DNA of 64,000 nucleotides from Patellaria atrata CBS 101060 (GCA_010093705.1 MU006118.1:16859-80858); one strand, 5' to 3'. Positions 22,846 to 37,551 are shown, counted from the stretch's first letter. Translations and numbers: made by a program. The notes: generated by a model not told the origin, from the letters alone.

Positions 22846-24137
22846 GGTGTGTTCACTTTGGAAGTGGTGCATTAGATGTGGAAGAAAGAAGACATATAGC
22901 GCCATCGCCCACATTCGACAGAACAGCAAACGATTGCACTATCCAGAATGTAAGTCAATTTACGAGACAACACCCCACCATGCCATAGGGGCAAAGAATT
23001 CAATCGAACTGGATCTCATGTGTTTCTCCCGACTTCCCTGCGAGGGTTGATTGCATCCCCCCATCCCCACGACTCACCCCTTTGCCTCTCACCTCCTACT
23101 CCTCCCCCCACTCCGGCCCTTTTCGACCGAAAGCGGCGAATGCGCCACCACCGCCGCTCCGTGGAACAAATCGAGCCAGCACACTCTGGAAATTTCCAAA
23201 TGTAGCAGCTTGCATCCCCATCGTCGAACGCAGCGCCGAGTGAAGGAATCAGACTATGGATGCACGAGCAGTCCATCTTTAATCTAAACCCTGGTCCGGG
23301 AGTAGGACACAGTATGGGATTGGCTTTCGGAGACTTGGGGTGTTCTACGCTAGGTAGGGAGTAGAGAAGCTTGTTTATCTCTACGCTTAGGGTATTGTTT
23401 ACTGTATTGCTGAATTGAGGATGTGCGCTATCTGGTTGACTTTTGCTTTTTGGTAGGGGGGTTATGAACGGGTAGGGGTAGGATGGTGGTTATAGGATAG
23501 GGGACGATCCTTTTGGCTCGGTTAATCCTAGTTCGGATAATTAAAGTTGTGCCTGATTGGGTAGTTCTTGGCGGCTTCCGTATTATTTGATTCAGTCCAA
23601 CGTCTAACGAATATTTCGAACGAACCTGGCCGATTTACTGGGCTACGTTGGCGTATGGAACGTAGTATATGGATAATAAATTATCCAAAGTCACGGCTTT
23701 TTATCACCCCAGTTAGAAGTACTTGCTAATGCGAAGAATACAAATACATATGACTGAACGGAGGTTTATTTACTCTGTAACTCAGCTTAAGGTTGGATTT
23801 ATTGTTGGTGCAGCGAGTGCGTACCCGGCTTTCGCCTATTTTACATTTTGCGGGATAAGACTTATGTAGGAATAGGTTCGTAGAGAAATTTGAAATGAGT
23901 TATGATGCAAAACAGTATCCAGCTGCGCCCTGGAATGAACAAGTCAAATACGCCGCCAATTACCACCTTGATATGCAACTCGGCTGATACCACCATGCTC
24001 GCAGGATGGGACATTCGTTTGGGTATCTATGAAAAACGGTGAAGTCAATTACTCCAACCACCATACGCAACCGTACACGCCAACTTTTAATCCAACCCCA
24101 ATCAGAGGATACTCATCACTAGAACCTAAATGTATAA

Positions 24138-26224
24138 TTAGTCCCTCAAGTCCTTTTGAGGCTCAACATCGAAAGCGATTTTGCCCTTCACCCTTCCTCT
24201 TTCGTCCTCCATGACCATACGATACCTCCCACCGCCCCATAAATCCTTCACCGTAACCTCTCTCGTCCGTCCCAAACTCTCGATTGCAGAAATTCTTTCC
24301 AACGTCTTCTCTAAGTGTTCGTCAAAACCATCTGCGGTGCACACTTCCCGAAAGGCATTCATCATAGGTACGCTATCGGCACGAACCATAGCTTTCGAAT
24401 CGATGGTGAAGACGTTGATGTGGTCGTATGATTGGATGAAATCGGCGCGGGTCATGATTTGGCGTGCATTGTGCAAAGGAATCTCAGGGAGAATATGGCC
24501 GTGCTCAGGGTCGTAGGTGGTGTGAAGATCCTTTTCCTTATCGACAAGTGCTTTGGCAAGGACCATTGCTGCGGACTACGAGATGTGTCAGTATAAGAAG
24601 CTTTATAGGGTAGTCGGGCGATTAGTGTATGTGTAGAGCTCGCTTATTGACAATGTCATAAAGATCGAAAAGACATACGGCATATTTCTGCTGGTCCATG
24701 ACGTCGTCGTCCATTTCTTCGCCAAATATCATACACTGATTTAAAAACCATGTCTTCTCCGTCTGACAGATCTCGTCGCATACACCAAGCATATCGTCCG
24801 CTTTAGCTATACGACTGAGGAACGTCAACCGCCCCCCGATTTTCTTGTATATCTCTTCTAATGTTGACTCGGAAGGTATTTCATTGAAGTAACGAGCGCG
24901 GTATCTCTTTAACGCTAGTAGAGCCTTCTCCTTAGGCAAATCGCCGATAGGCATGATTTCCATACGAGTGGCATATTGTTTTAATCGTTCATAAACCCAG
25001 TAATCGTCGCTATTGAAGACAACAGTTGCGAGGTTGCTAGCAGCCCACTGCTCCGCGCGTTGTTGTATGAGCTCGAGAAGATCGCGGCCATCTTCGTCAT
25101 CGCGGAGAAGATGCATGCTATTTATGATAATTATTAAAGGCCTTCCAACCATCTTCCGGCGTCTAAGAGCGACCTTCTCTAATTTGTTAAACGCACGTTC
25201 AATGTCGAGTAACGCTGATGCATCACGTGGACCGCGGATAGAGAAAAGCGATCCTATGTTGTCTTCATGATATTCAAAGTCCAGAGCTTTTCCTAGCCTG
25301 ACGCGAAATATCTCAAGATCAGCGTGAGCGTCAAACATAGCAACACCCTCACCATCAATCTTGTACATAGCGTCAATTAACATGGAAGACTTCCCGGTAC
25401 CTTTCTCCCCGATAAGGAGATAGTAGTGGCCCTTTTCTTTACCACTAACGATGTCGTCTAGCTTTTCTTGCTCATCCCTTGGTATCCACCGTGGGAAGTC
25501 AGGAGTCCTAGGTGAAGTAGCGGAGATCTCCTTCCCTCGGGCGGCCAGTTCAAGGACCGGATCGCCGGGCTTGAAAGCATTTTCCATCTTTTCTAAGACG
25601 AGATGCTTATAGTAGCGGGTATAACTGTATCCAACGAGCCTATGCATACATTAGTATCAAGTCGATCTTGAAGGCATGTAGTTTCTAGTGTATATGAATG
25701 GTCATGGTAGTTCATTGATGGATGTGACATTATCTCTTCTTTCTGTTTTGTATTCATACCGTTTTGCTTCAGATGACTTAAGACTCGATATGATAGGAAA
25801 ATGAAAACATTTTATTTTGAGGTCGGTAAAATAAATAGAATTGCGAAGTATTGGTGCCGATGGCACGAGTTCAGCACGCGTACGAATTATTCGTACACGC
25901 ATTCGAGAGACGAAGGCTCTGGGAAGTAAGAACGTACCCTAGTACAGTAATTGAAGCAAAAGTAGTCATTGCACTCTCGAACATTTTGAAGGCGGTCCCT
26001 CTCCAATCCCGGCCTTCTTTCTTGGTTTTTATCCCATTCGCTGTGATGTTATCATCGACCGGATCGGGATTACTGTTGGAATCTGGCATGCCGAAAATAC
26101 ATCTTCGATTATTTGGTCCTCGCACAGGGCTCGGTCGTAATATTATCTTCAATCGCGCCGCTGGTTGTGCATGCGCTCCAAAAGGTCCTCGTTTTACGGT
26201 TGATCTAAGACTCGCACCGTACAT
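24138..26224 (-). CDS. P-loop ATPase domain protein, probably mitochondrial membrane-anchored
   Basis: Exons 26224-25938, 25639-24679 and 24575-24138 splice in frame. Walker A GEKGTGKS, an Arg-rich N-terminus lacking acidic residues, and one hydrophobic segment. Confidence 0.88.
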
Positions 26225-27714
26225 GTCTAGTACCTCAGCTCAGCTCTGTTCGCGGTGAGGCGAAAGAGTGATGTTAGGATTCAAGCACAAGGCTTCGATA
26301 GGAGCATTACATATCAGACAATTGGATTATTTTAGGTATGAACTGAAGAGAAAGATGATTAGATGATGCAATAAAAGGATCGACAGGGACAAAGACGGTA
26401 CAAAAATGCCAAACCAGGTAGAACGAGTCAGGCAGGGGTGAGGCCCCAACCTAACACCTGTACCTTAAGTTACTCTGTACGGAGTCTTACCGTACAATTA
26501 GTAATAAATAGTTGATACGGTAATAGTCCAGCCCTACCGTACCTGAGTACATCACTACGCCTGAGCTGCCTGATTCTACCTGGCCTTGATCTTGTATTTA
26601 CCTTTGAGGTTATTCAAAGATTGACGAATTATTCCCTAGTATCGTATCTCAGCGTAGTATCTATCTACTGATTCACAAGACCATCTATCATCGTCGTTTT
26701 TTGTTACTCAGAGGTGCATTCCGCTGGCACTCTAACTCTGACATAAACCTCCTATTCAGTTATCTCGCCTTATTGTCCTGTCTAACGTTCAATGCTCCTC
26801 TCGGACTCTATCAAACTGTACATAACCATACGTAAGTATTCAAATGAGGTAACTCAACGAGTCTGTATCTTGCGCTGGTGCTTTCATTATACCCGACCTT
26901 GAGCTAACCTAAGGCATATGTTTATCCCAGAAGATTACCTTCACCAAATCCCGTCCCTCCAGCCCAGGTCGTGTTCTCAAATTTCACAAGGTTAGTTCTG
27001 AGGTACTGATTGATATTGTTCAAGCTATACACTCTGTACGAAGTACCTTAAAAGGATATATACGGAGCTCACGTACAAACTATCAGGCATACTACAGTAC
27101 TCTGTATACGTAACTGGTTCTATAAATACTTGTAATTCATGAATGAATTACAGTAAGCAGCAGGGGCAGAGGTACAATAATGAGGTGGAAGTTACCTTGT
27201 GAGTACAGACAGTACAGGCCGTGGTTTTCCCCCTTTCAACTTGAAAGTTCAACACTGCATCCTACCATTCCCCATTCGACCTCATAGTCCAGCCCAAGCA
27301 GTAAAAATAAAAAGATATTCTAGGATTTGACATGAAATCTAGTACAGAAAGAAATCCTACTCAGAGTCCGATGTTTCGTTATTGGATATTTTGTCGCGTC
27401 GTGTGCATGAAGATGATGACCTTCTGCGATCGACCCGAGCTCCCCCTTGGCCGTGGCTGAACCGGTCGGATGGCATGGCCCGCGTCTTCGTAAAAAACCC
27501 TATCTAACTTTTCCGCGCTTCCAGAAATTTATACCCAAGGTTCTATAACAATTTCTCCAATTCTAAAATAAAAATCCATCAAACTTCCCATTACTGTACA
27601 TTTCAAGGGGATTTTTCTTGTATAATAGCTTTTCGTTCCTGCTACCTTTCTACGCTCCTTCGATACGCTTGGTTCGCCTTCTTAATTTATTAATTGGCAG
27701 TGCTTGACCTCAAA

Positions 27715-30700
27715 ATGGCTGCCGGTAATCATGACGCTGCTACGACCCGTAAGCTTCCCTACAGCTCCTATCCCACGATTCTAATACAGACCCACATTCA
27801 TCCTGCTCGATAATATTTGTTTTCAATTGCGGCTTGGTTGACTTGATTCAATTGCAGCTCCCCCAGACGCCCCCGATAATACCACCATTACGAATGGCCA
27901 TGCTCACGATGGGGAAAAGGCTCAAGATGAAGAGCAAAGCGGGCAGCAAGGAGACAGTACGTGATTTATGAACTCGAAACTAGCAGCATCAGTTCTAACA
28001 AACGTCAATAGAAATGTTCACTCTTAGTATTCGACTCCCTCAGGAGCCATATACAACCCAGATCATGGTAAGGTCCCCATGAGCTGAATGAGAAGCTGCT
28101 AGTATACTCACTATCGTAGGCATCTTCGCAGGAACAAGTTCAAGATATTCGCGCTTCCTTGATCGAATTCCCTTATACCTTCCAATACACTTGCTTCCAC
28201 TTGGAATACAAGGAGGAGCGCATTAACGACTACGTCGAGCTATCTGAGGTCCCCGGTATTGGACCAGACTCCGAGTTAACATTAGTCGAGGACCCATATA
28301 CGGAAAAAGATGCACGGTTACACTTTATCCGTATTAGGGAACTTATTGGCGCATCCGGCGATAGGACTGACACAATATACGGCATACAAGCCGGCGTGTC
28401 TTTGCATGATAGCGTCGCACTGTCCGATGCTACGCAAGCAAGTATGTGCTCTTAGGTCCTGTCCGAAATAACCAATAAAGGTTGACAAAATCCAGTTGCG
28501 AATTATGACTTCGAGGGGCCAGGGTCAGTAAGGACGCTGCTCGCTCCTTCAGAAGATTCTAGCCCAAAGACCCTCAAAAGCATATCTTTATCACCATGGA
28601 ACCCGCCACCTTACAACCTTCGTTCCAAAGGCCATTTACTGTATTTGCAGTTGACTACAAACGAGGGAGAGCAATATCAAATCACATCACACGTGTCAGG
28701 ATTCTACGTCAACAAATGCACGAACAGCAAATTCGATCCATCGCCTCGTCAAGCACCCAAGGCTTTTTCATCTCACTCTCTGCTAAATTTAATATCTAGC
28801 CTTTCTCCCAGCTTTGAAGCATCTTTCAGCGCTCTACAAGAACTTGGGAGCAAAAAAGATGCCCTCGCTACATTTCAACTCACACACTCTATTCCTGCTA
28901 GTCCGTGGATAGTTCCCCCACCATCTGCTGCGAACATGAATCATCAGTCCGATATCGCACGGTCGCAGGAGAGCTTCCTCATTTCTGGGGCCGAAAGTGC
29001 TGATACCCTGCGGGATTGGAACGAAGAACTACAGTCTACAAGAGAATTGCCAAAAGAGCTTGTTCAAGATCGCGTATTTAGGGAGCGTCTAACTGCGAAA
29101 CTATATGCGGAGTATAACGAAGCCGCCACTCGTGGAGCAGTACTTGTTGCTCGCGGGGAAGTGCCCCCTTTAAATCCTACGGAGGGTAGAGACGCACAGA
29201 TATTTGTCTATAACAACGTATTCTACTCATTTGGCGCCGATGGTGTGGGAACTTTTGGCCCTGAAGGAGGTGATGAGGCTGCTCGAGTGGCAACCGGTAA
29301 AGATGTAGTTGGTGTCAAGGCTGTGAATCAGCTCGATATTCAGGGGCTATTTACTCCGGGTACTGTTATTGCGGATTATCTTGGGAAACGTATTGTTGCG
29401 CAGAGCATTGTCCCGGGAATCTTCAAACAGAGGGAACCTGGTGAAAATCAAATCGACTATGGTGGTGCTGAAGGCCGAGATGTCATTGCCGATAACGAGA
29501 CGTTCGTTCCAGTTTTTGAACAGTTGTCAAAACATATGCGTGTTAAAAAGCACCCGGTATGGGACAAACAAGGCAAACGCCACGTTCTCGAAGGTAGTAT
29601 AGAGACGAAGGGTCTACTTGGTACAGATGGACGAAAGTACGCGCTTGATCTTTATCGAATTACGCCATTAGATGTATCATGGTTGGAACAATATTGGAGC
29701 GAGCCACCAAAAGAAGGAGAGGGTGAATCGAAAGACAAGGATAAAGACTACCCCCATAGGATGGCTGTCCTCCGGCCGGAACTCGTCGAAGCGTACGGTC
29801 GGGTCAAATTGCGAAAATTTTTGAACAGTGAGCTTTCTAAGCGACCATCTGAAGCCGGAGAAGGAGAAAAGCAAGGGGAAGAAGAGATGAATGGAGAATC
29901 AGCGAGTCAAGCAAAACCAGAATCAGAGTCTGACGAAGCTGGGAGGAAGGCTGATGAGACGACACCTCCGAAAACAGTCGATATTGGTGGCTTCCAATTC
30001 GCGCTAAATCCTGACGTTTTCTGTGGCCATGAACCCCAGACAGACGAAGAGAAAGAAGAATGGTCCAAGGACGAAGAGGAGGTTCGCGCTGCTTGTAAAT
30101 ACCTTTCGTCAGAGGTTATTCCTCGCTTTGTATGTTTCCAGTTTACATTCCTAAAGCTCACAATTTCTGACTGTGTTCTTAGATTCAAGACCTTCGCGAA
30201 GGAGATATCGGTTTCCCTCTAGACGGCCAGTCACTTAGCAATCTCCTCCACAAACGCGGGATCAACATCAGGTATCTAGGTGTAATTACCACCCAAGTTG
30301 ACACGAAAGAACCCCGACTTCAGCCTCTCAGACGTCTTGCTATTCAAGAAATGATCTCACGTGGCTTCAAACATGTCGCGAATAGATACCTACGGCATCT
30401 ACCACACGTCTTCGCAACTTCTTGCGTCGCACATCTACTAAACTGCCTTCTAGGAGCTGCACTGAACCCAAAGCCTACTGCCGAAACTGACGCATCGCTA
30501 AAAGACCTTTACTCAGATACTGATTTTAGCTTTGAGAAAGCAACGCCTGCATCGCTGAGGGAAGAGCTAGCGGGACAAGTGAGAATAAGATTCCGGTACG
30601 ATCTCGGAGAAGATTGGATTCAACCCATTCAACAGCTTCCCTTACTGCGTGAAGTTTCCCTCCGACTTGGCCTTCAACTCGAGGCGAAAGACTACGTCTT

Positions 30701-31895
30701 CTCCAAGGAGATATCTGGGTCCGGTTCCGATACTGCATCGGTATCTTCCGATACCACTCCGGTACCAACCACGGTTAACGGACAAGCTAACGGAACGAGT
30801 AAGAAGAATAAGAAGAAGAAAAACCGTTCTCCAAACCGTGTATCCAGCCCCGCAGCAGCCAGCCCAGCCACCTTCCGTCCTGATGACGTCCTAAACATTG
30901 TTCCCGTGGTGAAAGAGTCGTCTCCAAGGAGTATGCTGGCAGAGGAAGCGCTAGAGGCGGGCCGCATCTCGATCGCACAAGACCAAAAGGATTTAGGGCA
31001 AGAACTTTTACTAGAGTCCCTTTCGCTCCACGAGCAAGTGTATGGCGTGCTACATCCAGAAGTCGCCCGGGTGTACTCTCAGCTAGCACAGTTGTACTAC
31101 AACCTTGAAGAAAAGAATGCCGCTGTCGAGCTTGCACACAAAGCAACAATCGTTTGCGAGCGGACACTCGGGGTTGATCATCACGAGACCCTCCTCAGTT
31201 TCCTCAACCTTGGCCTCTTCGAACATGCTATCGGCAATACCAAGCTCGCCCTTTCCTATGTCCGTCACGCTCTCGATCTCTGGAAACTCCTCTACGGTCC
31301 AAAACATCCTGATTCCGTCACCACAATCAACAATGCAGCCGTCATGCTCCAATCACTCAAATTGTACAAGGAATCTCGCATCTGGTTCGAAGCTTGTCTC
31401 ACCATCTCGGAGGAGGTTTCCGGTCGCCAGAGCATTGGCACAGCCACGCTCCTATTCCAGCTGTCTCAAGCGCTAGTTCTAGATCACGATTGGCATGCCG
31501 CTGTTAACCGCATGCGTGAAGCGTATAACATCTTTAATAATACCCTCGGTGCCAGTCACGCCAATACCAAGGAAGCAGAAACCTGGCTCACACAACTTAC
31601 ACAGAATGCCGTCAACGAGGCGAAGCGCCTACAGGCTCAGAAAGACCTTTTGACCCGCAAGGGTACTGGCAGAGGGAAGATACCGCTGACGAATAAGGTT
31701 GGACTTGGAGCTGCCAGACCACAGCCACCCGTAGGACAGACGCCTGCACAGATGGCAGGACGAGAAGCAGAACCTAAGATGGATACTAGAAGTATCGAGG
31801 AGTTGTTGCGCTACATTGAAGGAGATTCAGGGAAGAAACCGACCACTCCAAAGAAGAGGCCGGCGAACCCGAAGAGAAGGGCGCAGAAAGCTTAG
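27715..31895 (+). CDS. CLU1: Clustered mitochondria protein (CLU1/clueless/TIF31)
   Basis: Multi-exon gene with CLU-domain motifs (SPWNPPP, RDWNEELQSTRELP, DYLGKRIVAQSIVPGIF, GLLGTDGRKY), LHKRGINIRYLG, and C-terminal TPRs. Confidence 0.96.
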
Positions 31896-32691
31896 ATGCC
31901 GGTCACGCTTTATGCGGATAAGAGATTTCTATTCCTTTGTCCTGGCCCTTAAATGAAGGAAGAGTAGGGGAAGTGATGTTATCCTTCCCTTAGCTTTTCA
32001 TTCTGTTTCAAAAGTACATATCCGAGCTCTCCGCTTCTCCTATCCCCATTTTCAGTGCATCCTTGAGCATTTTCTTACATTTGTACATATCATTCGCGCC
32101 CTTCTACTCTTTATTTTCATAAATTGTATTTTTTAAAAGACTTTGTCAGGTGGTGTTCAAAAGCGGTTTCTGTACGGAAAACTCTACTCTGGAGACGGCC
32201 TTTCCTATTCAGTGGCAAAGGGCTCGGATGGGTGCGTTGGCGGTGAGGTAATAGCTTGCATAGACAGATATGAGGAAATGGAGTGTGTATAATTTACGGC
32301 TGCCTAATGAATTCTTGTTCCTCCTCACCAGTATAAAACTGACATGAAGAGTTTGCAGATCCATTTACTGAGTTGTAGATGACGATACTAAGTCCTGATA
32401 GTATATCGAATATCCCTCAAGACGGGTCTATCGGTAAACCTCGAGTCAATCGAACAGCGGCGCCAAAACTCCCAAGGGCTAAAATAACGGGCTTTGGGCT
32501 TCAAAGGATTCAATTTTTGACCTACTGATTTTCAAACTAGCTTCACCTGTTCTACTTATACAACACAGTCAACATCTAAGGTCATAGCACGAACCAGCCT
32601 CCGTAAAATCACAACATTGAACGAAACCCATGTGACCGATTCCTGCGCCCAGGCCCAACATCGCCATACTACCATCAAAATTAAGCAACGC

Positions 32692-33787
32692 CTAGACAGC
32701 TCCCAACCACGCAAAGGCGCTTCCAAGCACGAGCTGAACGACGGTCCATAGTCCCGCCCAACCTAGCACACCCACGGTTTCCGCGCCCTCGACTGTCCAG
32801 ACCTTAATCGCTGTATTCGCAAACACCACCGCGGACAGCAGCCCGGTCCGCTTTGCGAGGATCCGCACGCGGGGAGATGGATTCGCAAGACCAAGATTGT
32901 ACCAGATGGTGTCCGAGAGCGTAGCCATCGCGGGATTAAAGGGCTGCGGTTCCGTGGGCAGGTTCCTGACGGGTGATGGGGTGGCGCCAGAGGATGGCAT
33001 GAAGAGGAACTCACGCGCTGCCCAGCCGGCGGGGATGAGAGATGTGAGGAGCGAGGGCAGCGTTGCGCCGTGCGCCGCTGCGACTGAGGGGATGTCTGCG
33101 AAGTTTTGGACTGCGAAGGTGGGGAGGAAGGTGCGTTCTGCGACGTAGAGAAGGAGAGAGATGATCGCCGTGGGAAAGAGAGTGGTGAGGAAGCCGATGG
33201 AGCTGTCGTGGATAATGTCTCGGTCTGGAACAATCCTCTTGGAGGCACGGGGGTTGTGTGCGGGGAGGGTGGCGCGGAGAAGGCGGAGAGGAACGGCGAG
33301 GGAGACGACATCGATCGCGAGGGTGATGAGGACAGTGGTGGGAGAGACGAGGAAGAAGGTATTGAGGAGGTGCAGGTAAGGAAAGTGGGAGAGTAGGGTG
33401 AGGGAGATGAGGTCGAGGTCTGCGTAACGTTAACTTCTAATCAAGAACATGCGCAAATGACAAAGGTGTAACCGTCGGACTTTGATGCATATTCTACTTA
33501 CAATCTAATCCTCCCCACCAGCTCACCCCAATCTCCAGGAGGCGCCAGCCGAAAACAACACCAACCTGCCACGGCTCCGTCATCTTCTTACTGACGGCAG
33601 CTAACTCACCCCCCGTCCATTCCTCTGCCAATGTATAGAGCCCTGCGCTCAGCGTCAAGCTCAAAATGCAGAGAAGTGGAAACTTCAATAACCGTGGCAG
33701 CGCATTCGTTCGTCGAGCCAATACAGGCGCTGGTGAAGCCGTATCCGGACGTACGACATTCAAATCGCGGTCGGCGCGGTTGGCCAT
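32692..33787 (-). CDS. Hypothetical multi-pass membrane protein
   Basis: Exons 33787-33502 and 33419-32692 (GTAAGT..CAG) join in frame and encode several hydrophobic helices. Confidence 0.8.
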
Positions 33788-36592
33788 CGCTATTGGCTGT
33801 ATTGTATAAGAAAATTCTAAGAGTCGGGTAGAAAAGAAACGAGCGACAAATTGTGAGTTTAAACAGATGAGATGGAAAGTTTGTATGGTGCAGTCGTTGT
33901 TTTATCGATATTTGTTATTGTTTGGATATGCCAAGCCGTATAATTACTTCAACTTTGTCCTATGACGTAAACGCAACAATCAATTTTGAGGACACGTACA
34001 GAACTAGTTCAGTATAACAGGAGAGATTTCGGGTGTAGCTGCATAAGAATAAACAGTAAAGTTGCGGCCGCACAGGAGAGGTACAGTACTCCCTCCCTGC
34101 ATGACTCTATAGAGCCTCTAAGCTCTATTTATGTGCAGTACGGATATACACTTGGCCATTAAAAACTAGAAGTAGACATATATCAGTCACGAGATTCTCT
34201 GGACTATTCAAAGGTTCATATATCCATTTGACCTATCAAAGGCAAAATTCGGATCTTATGTACTCTACCAAAATAACTCCGAGCGGGTTCTACATGTACT
34301 GAAGAATACTTACTTAAGCACAGCATTGAAAGCACCAAAAGGAAGCACAAGGGAATATGCAAGGAGCGATCAGAAAGTCAATTTGGTATTTATCGTTTTT
34401 ACAGAACTGTAAGTTTAAGATGGACGATGACAAGGTGTTCTGAGCAATGCGAAAACATGTCTTTCTTCGCTGGGAAATTGCTCTATACATGCGAAGCTAA
34501 TATACACGACCTGTATGTGAAAAGACATTCTTTGTAGTCTTGCAGCATACTCAAGTCAAACCGAGAGCCTAGAATTGGAACTACGGGGTTTTAATAAAGG
34601 AAAACAGACTCTAAACGTACGACCGAAAGAGAAGATGCGTAAATCACATTCCGTAACATACATAGAAGATAACGTGATAGCAAAGCGAGGGACAGTCAAA
34701 AAGCTCTACTCAAGGTGTTCTCTATGCCCCAGTATAACACTTTCCGAAATGTAAGGGCGATATCCTCGGCATACCCTACGTATCGAGCCGATCTTGCATA
34801 GGAGGCTCTTGGCCCTGTTGTCTGTCCAGAGAGATCCCTCGGCCTCTGGCTAAGTGGATCTTGTCAAACACCGTGAGAAATAGGGTCGAAGGTTTTACAG
34901 TCATCTGTACGATGTAGTTCTATCAGAGGCTGTCTCGACTCAGCTGTACGTTGGAAAGCGAAAGGTGGACACACATGCCGCAGGTGATATAGACCGGTAT
35001 GTAGACAGGAAGTGGTACAGTATTACGCAAAGCCGTTATGTCCATCGTCGAAAAAGAAGAGGAACTTGGTATCTAGATCTTCTGCTTCTTGGAAATCTTC
35101 TTAGACTACTATAGGTTACTAAGAAGACTTTTCCCATAGTATTTTCAGCTGGATTGCTCCTGACAGATTCTGAGGCCTTCCTACTCGAAACATTTGAAAA
35201 GAGGTTTCAGCAGAGGGACGGATTATGGGTTGTTTATTCTACGGAGTATGCTAAGATACTTTTCGATTTGCATATCTCAAGGATATTTGAGCTGGACTAT
35301 AAACTAGTAACGACCAAAACAACAACGGGAGGTTTATGTGTGAGGATATCATTGTACACGGAAGCAAATAGAAGATGGTGAAATAGATGGAGTATGTACC
35401 ATTCCGCCAGGGTCGTTGTAGTCAGGATGAGGCAAGTACAAAAGTTTTAGGCGTCAATGAAAGAAAGTAGCTTTTGGGCCTAGGATTTGGAATCGGATTC
35501 TACGCGTTCTGGACCGTTCTTACACTCCGGGGATGAGGATAGGACGGCAGTTGCAGGTAGTTGCAGCCATCGGATAGACTCACATTCCATCGTGACATCT
35601 GGACGCACTGACAAGGAAACGTTGTCCATAACGAGCGCTCCTTGTTCATTCCTGTCGCTCTTTTCGCCAAGAAAGCAGGATAGTTACGATACTTTTTAAT
35701 AATTCGGACGATGAGAGGCTGTCCTGGGTAGTAAGCGTGTCACCATTACACAGCGTTTTGAGATAACGAAGCACAGCATGCCCGCATCAGGCGAGTTATT
35801 TCATCTGTTGGAAATCATGGAAGATACGCTGTTTTTCATAACGCATATATTCCGGTAAAGTTGAGACAACGGACGAGAGAGAGGGGTTAATAGCAATGCC
35901 TTGAGAATACGTAATGTAGTCTCGATAATTTGCCTCACAGAGATTTAAAGAGTGGGAAATTAGTAAATGAAGCTTATGAAAGAAAGAAAGCTGCCATTCT
36001 TCGAAGTTATAGTGACGCGTTTCACGGTTTTAGATGTTTCGGGGTAAATGAGCGGAGCGGGTGGACGGGAGAGTGGGTGGGAAATAATGAAACACAACGA
36101 TGGTGACGTGATAAGCGATAGTAAGGTAGTGAGAAGCGCAGAAGTGAGAACAAACAGAAAACAGATACTATACTGTATGGAGAAGTTGGGTGTTGATGAA
36201 TTGTGAGGCAGTGTGAGTGTGTGACTGTGTGAGGACCGGAAGTTGATGATGGATAGATGATACCTTACGGAGTACTTGTTATTACCTACCTTACTGAGGT
36301 GTATTACCGTTATTAGTTACTGTATTTTTATATCCTTGTGGCCGCGAAAACTTGTCGGTTGTGGCTGTTTCAAAGCATGTCAAGCCAGCGGTGATCAACA
36401 AATCGGGAACCGCAAGAGGTTAACAAGACGGATTAAGGGCCATAGGGGTGAGGATGAGCAGCGATAATTAAACCTCCCTCCAATTACATATCAACCTGAA
36501 AAGATTATTCTCAACTTAGCTTCCAGCTTCCCGATATACTCCCTTACACCTTTTACACGTCCCTCTCCTCTCCATCCCTCTCTCTCCCTTCG

Positions 36593-36638
36593 CGCCCTCA
36601 CGCCCTCACGCCCTCACGCACTCACGCCCTCACCCCTC
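36593..36638. repeat. (CGCCCTCA)n octamer tandem repeat, about 5-6 copies, in a pyrimidine-rich tract
   Basis: The sequence cgccctca cgccctca cgccctca cgcactca cgccctca cccctc is read directly. Confidence 0.85.
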
Positions 36639-37551
36639 TCCGCGTCCCTTTCTTCTATCTATGCTTCTTCCAACTATCTACTCTCTTTTATCGTTCCTAT
36701 ACTCCTTCGCAGGCCTAGTCAACCTGGACAGCTTGATCGCTCGTTCCTCGTCACTGTCCTTTTGACTTTCACTCTTTTGGGTAATTCCGTCATCATTCCT
36801 TTTGCAACGACAATTCGTCACCCAACAACGGAATTATCACCAGCATCAGCCACGACAAATTGACTACTTGGTCAATAATCGAGTATCACGATCCCATCAA
36901 ACAATTATTGATTGACACGCATCGCACCTCGGGGCCATTTCTCAAGAGCCGATTCACTGTTATTTGTCAAATCCGGAGCCAGGTGCTTTGCTCTTCTTCT
37001 TCTCCACGTTCATTTACCTGCTTTTTCGATCACGCTGTTATTTTCAATTAAGTGAAACATCCACCATCTTATCAGCGGTAGCCTCTATAGTTGCTTGAAA
37101 TATATCAACGGTCCGCTGCCTGTCAAATCTGGGGTACGTGTGGTCGCATCAAGCTGCAGGCTCATATACGACCCCAGTACCTGCACTTTCGCTTTATCCA
37201 AAGTACGCTGTAACACAATATATCGACCGACGCTCCGGACGCCTTCCCACCCCGCTACACTGCCAGAACTACGTCAACCGGCCAGACCTTGCAGCTACGA
37301 CTATCAAAAGCATACAGGGTCTTTTCTCAAATTGAGCGAGCATCTCAAGCAACCGTTTGCTTCGAAGTTGTCAAGCTACCGTCTACCTTACGGGACTTTA
37401 CCTTGCTTTATCTGTTTTAGAGGCCTCCCGCCACTCACTCCCACTGCTCTCTGGAGAATTCTTAAGCAAGCTGATCTGGACTGATCTCTGCTTTCGTCTC
37501 CCAGCCTGTTCTTCTCTCGCTTTTGTTCGACTGCATATCCCATCAGTCAAC

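Noticed and set aside
23016..23460. Open minus-strand frame of ~148 codons
   Set aside because: No convincing start or splice acceptor, and no domain.
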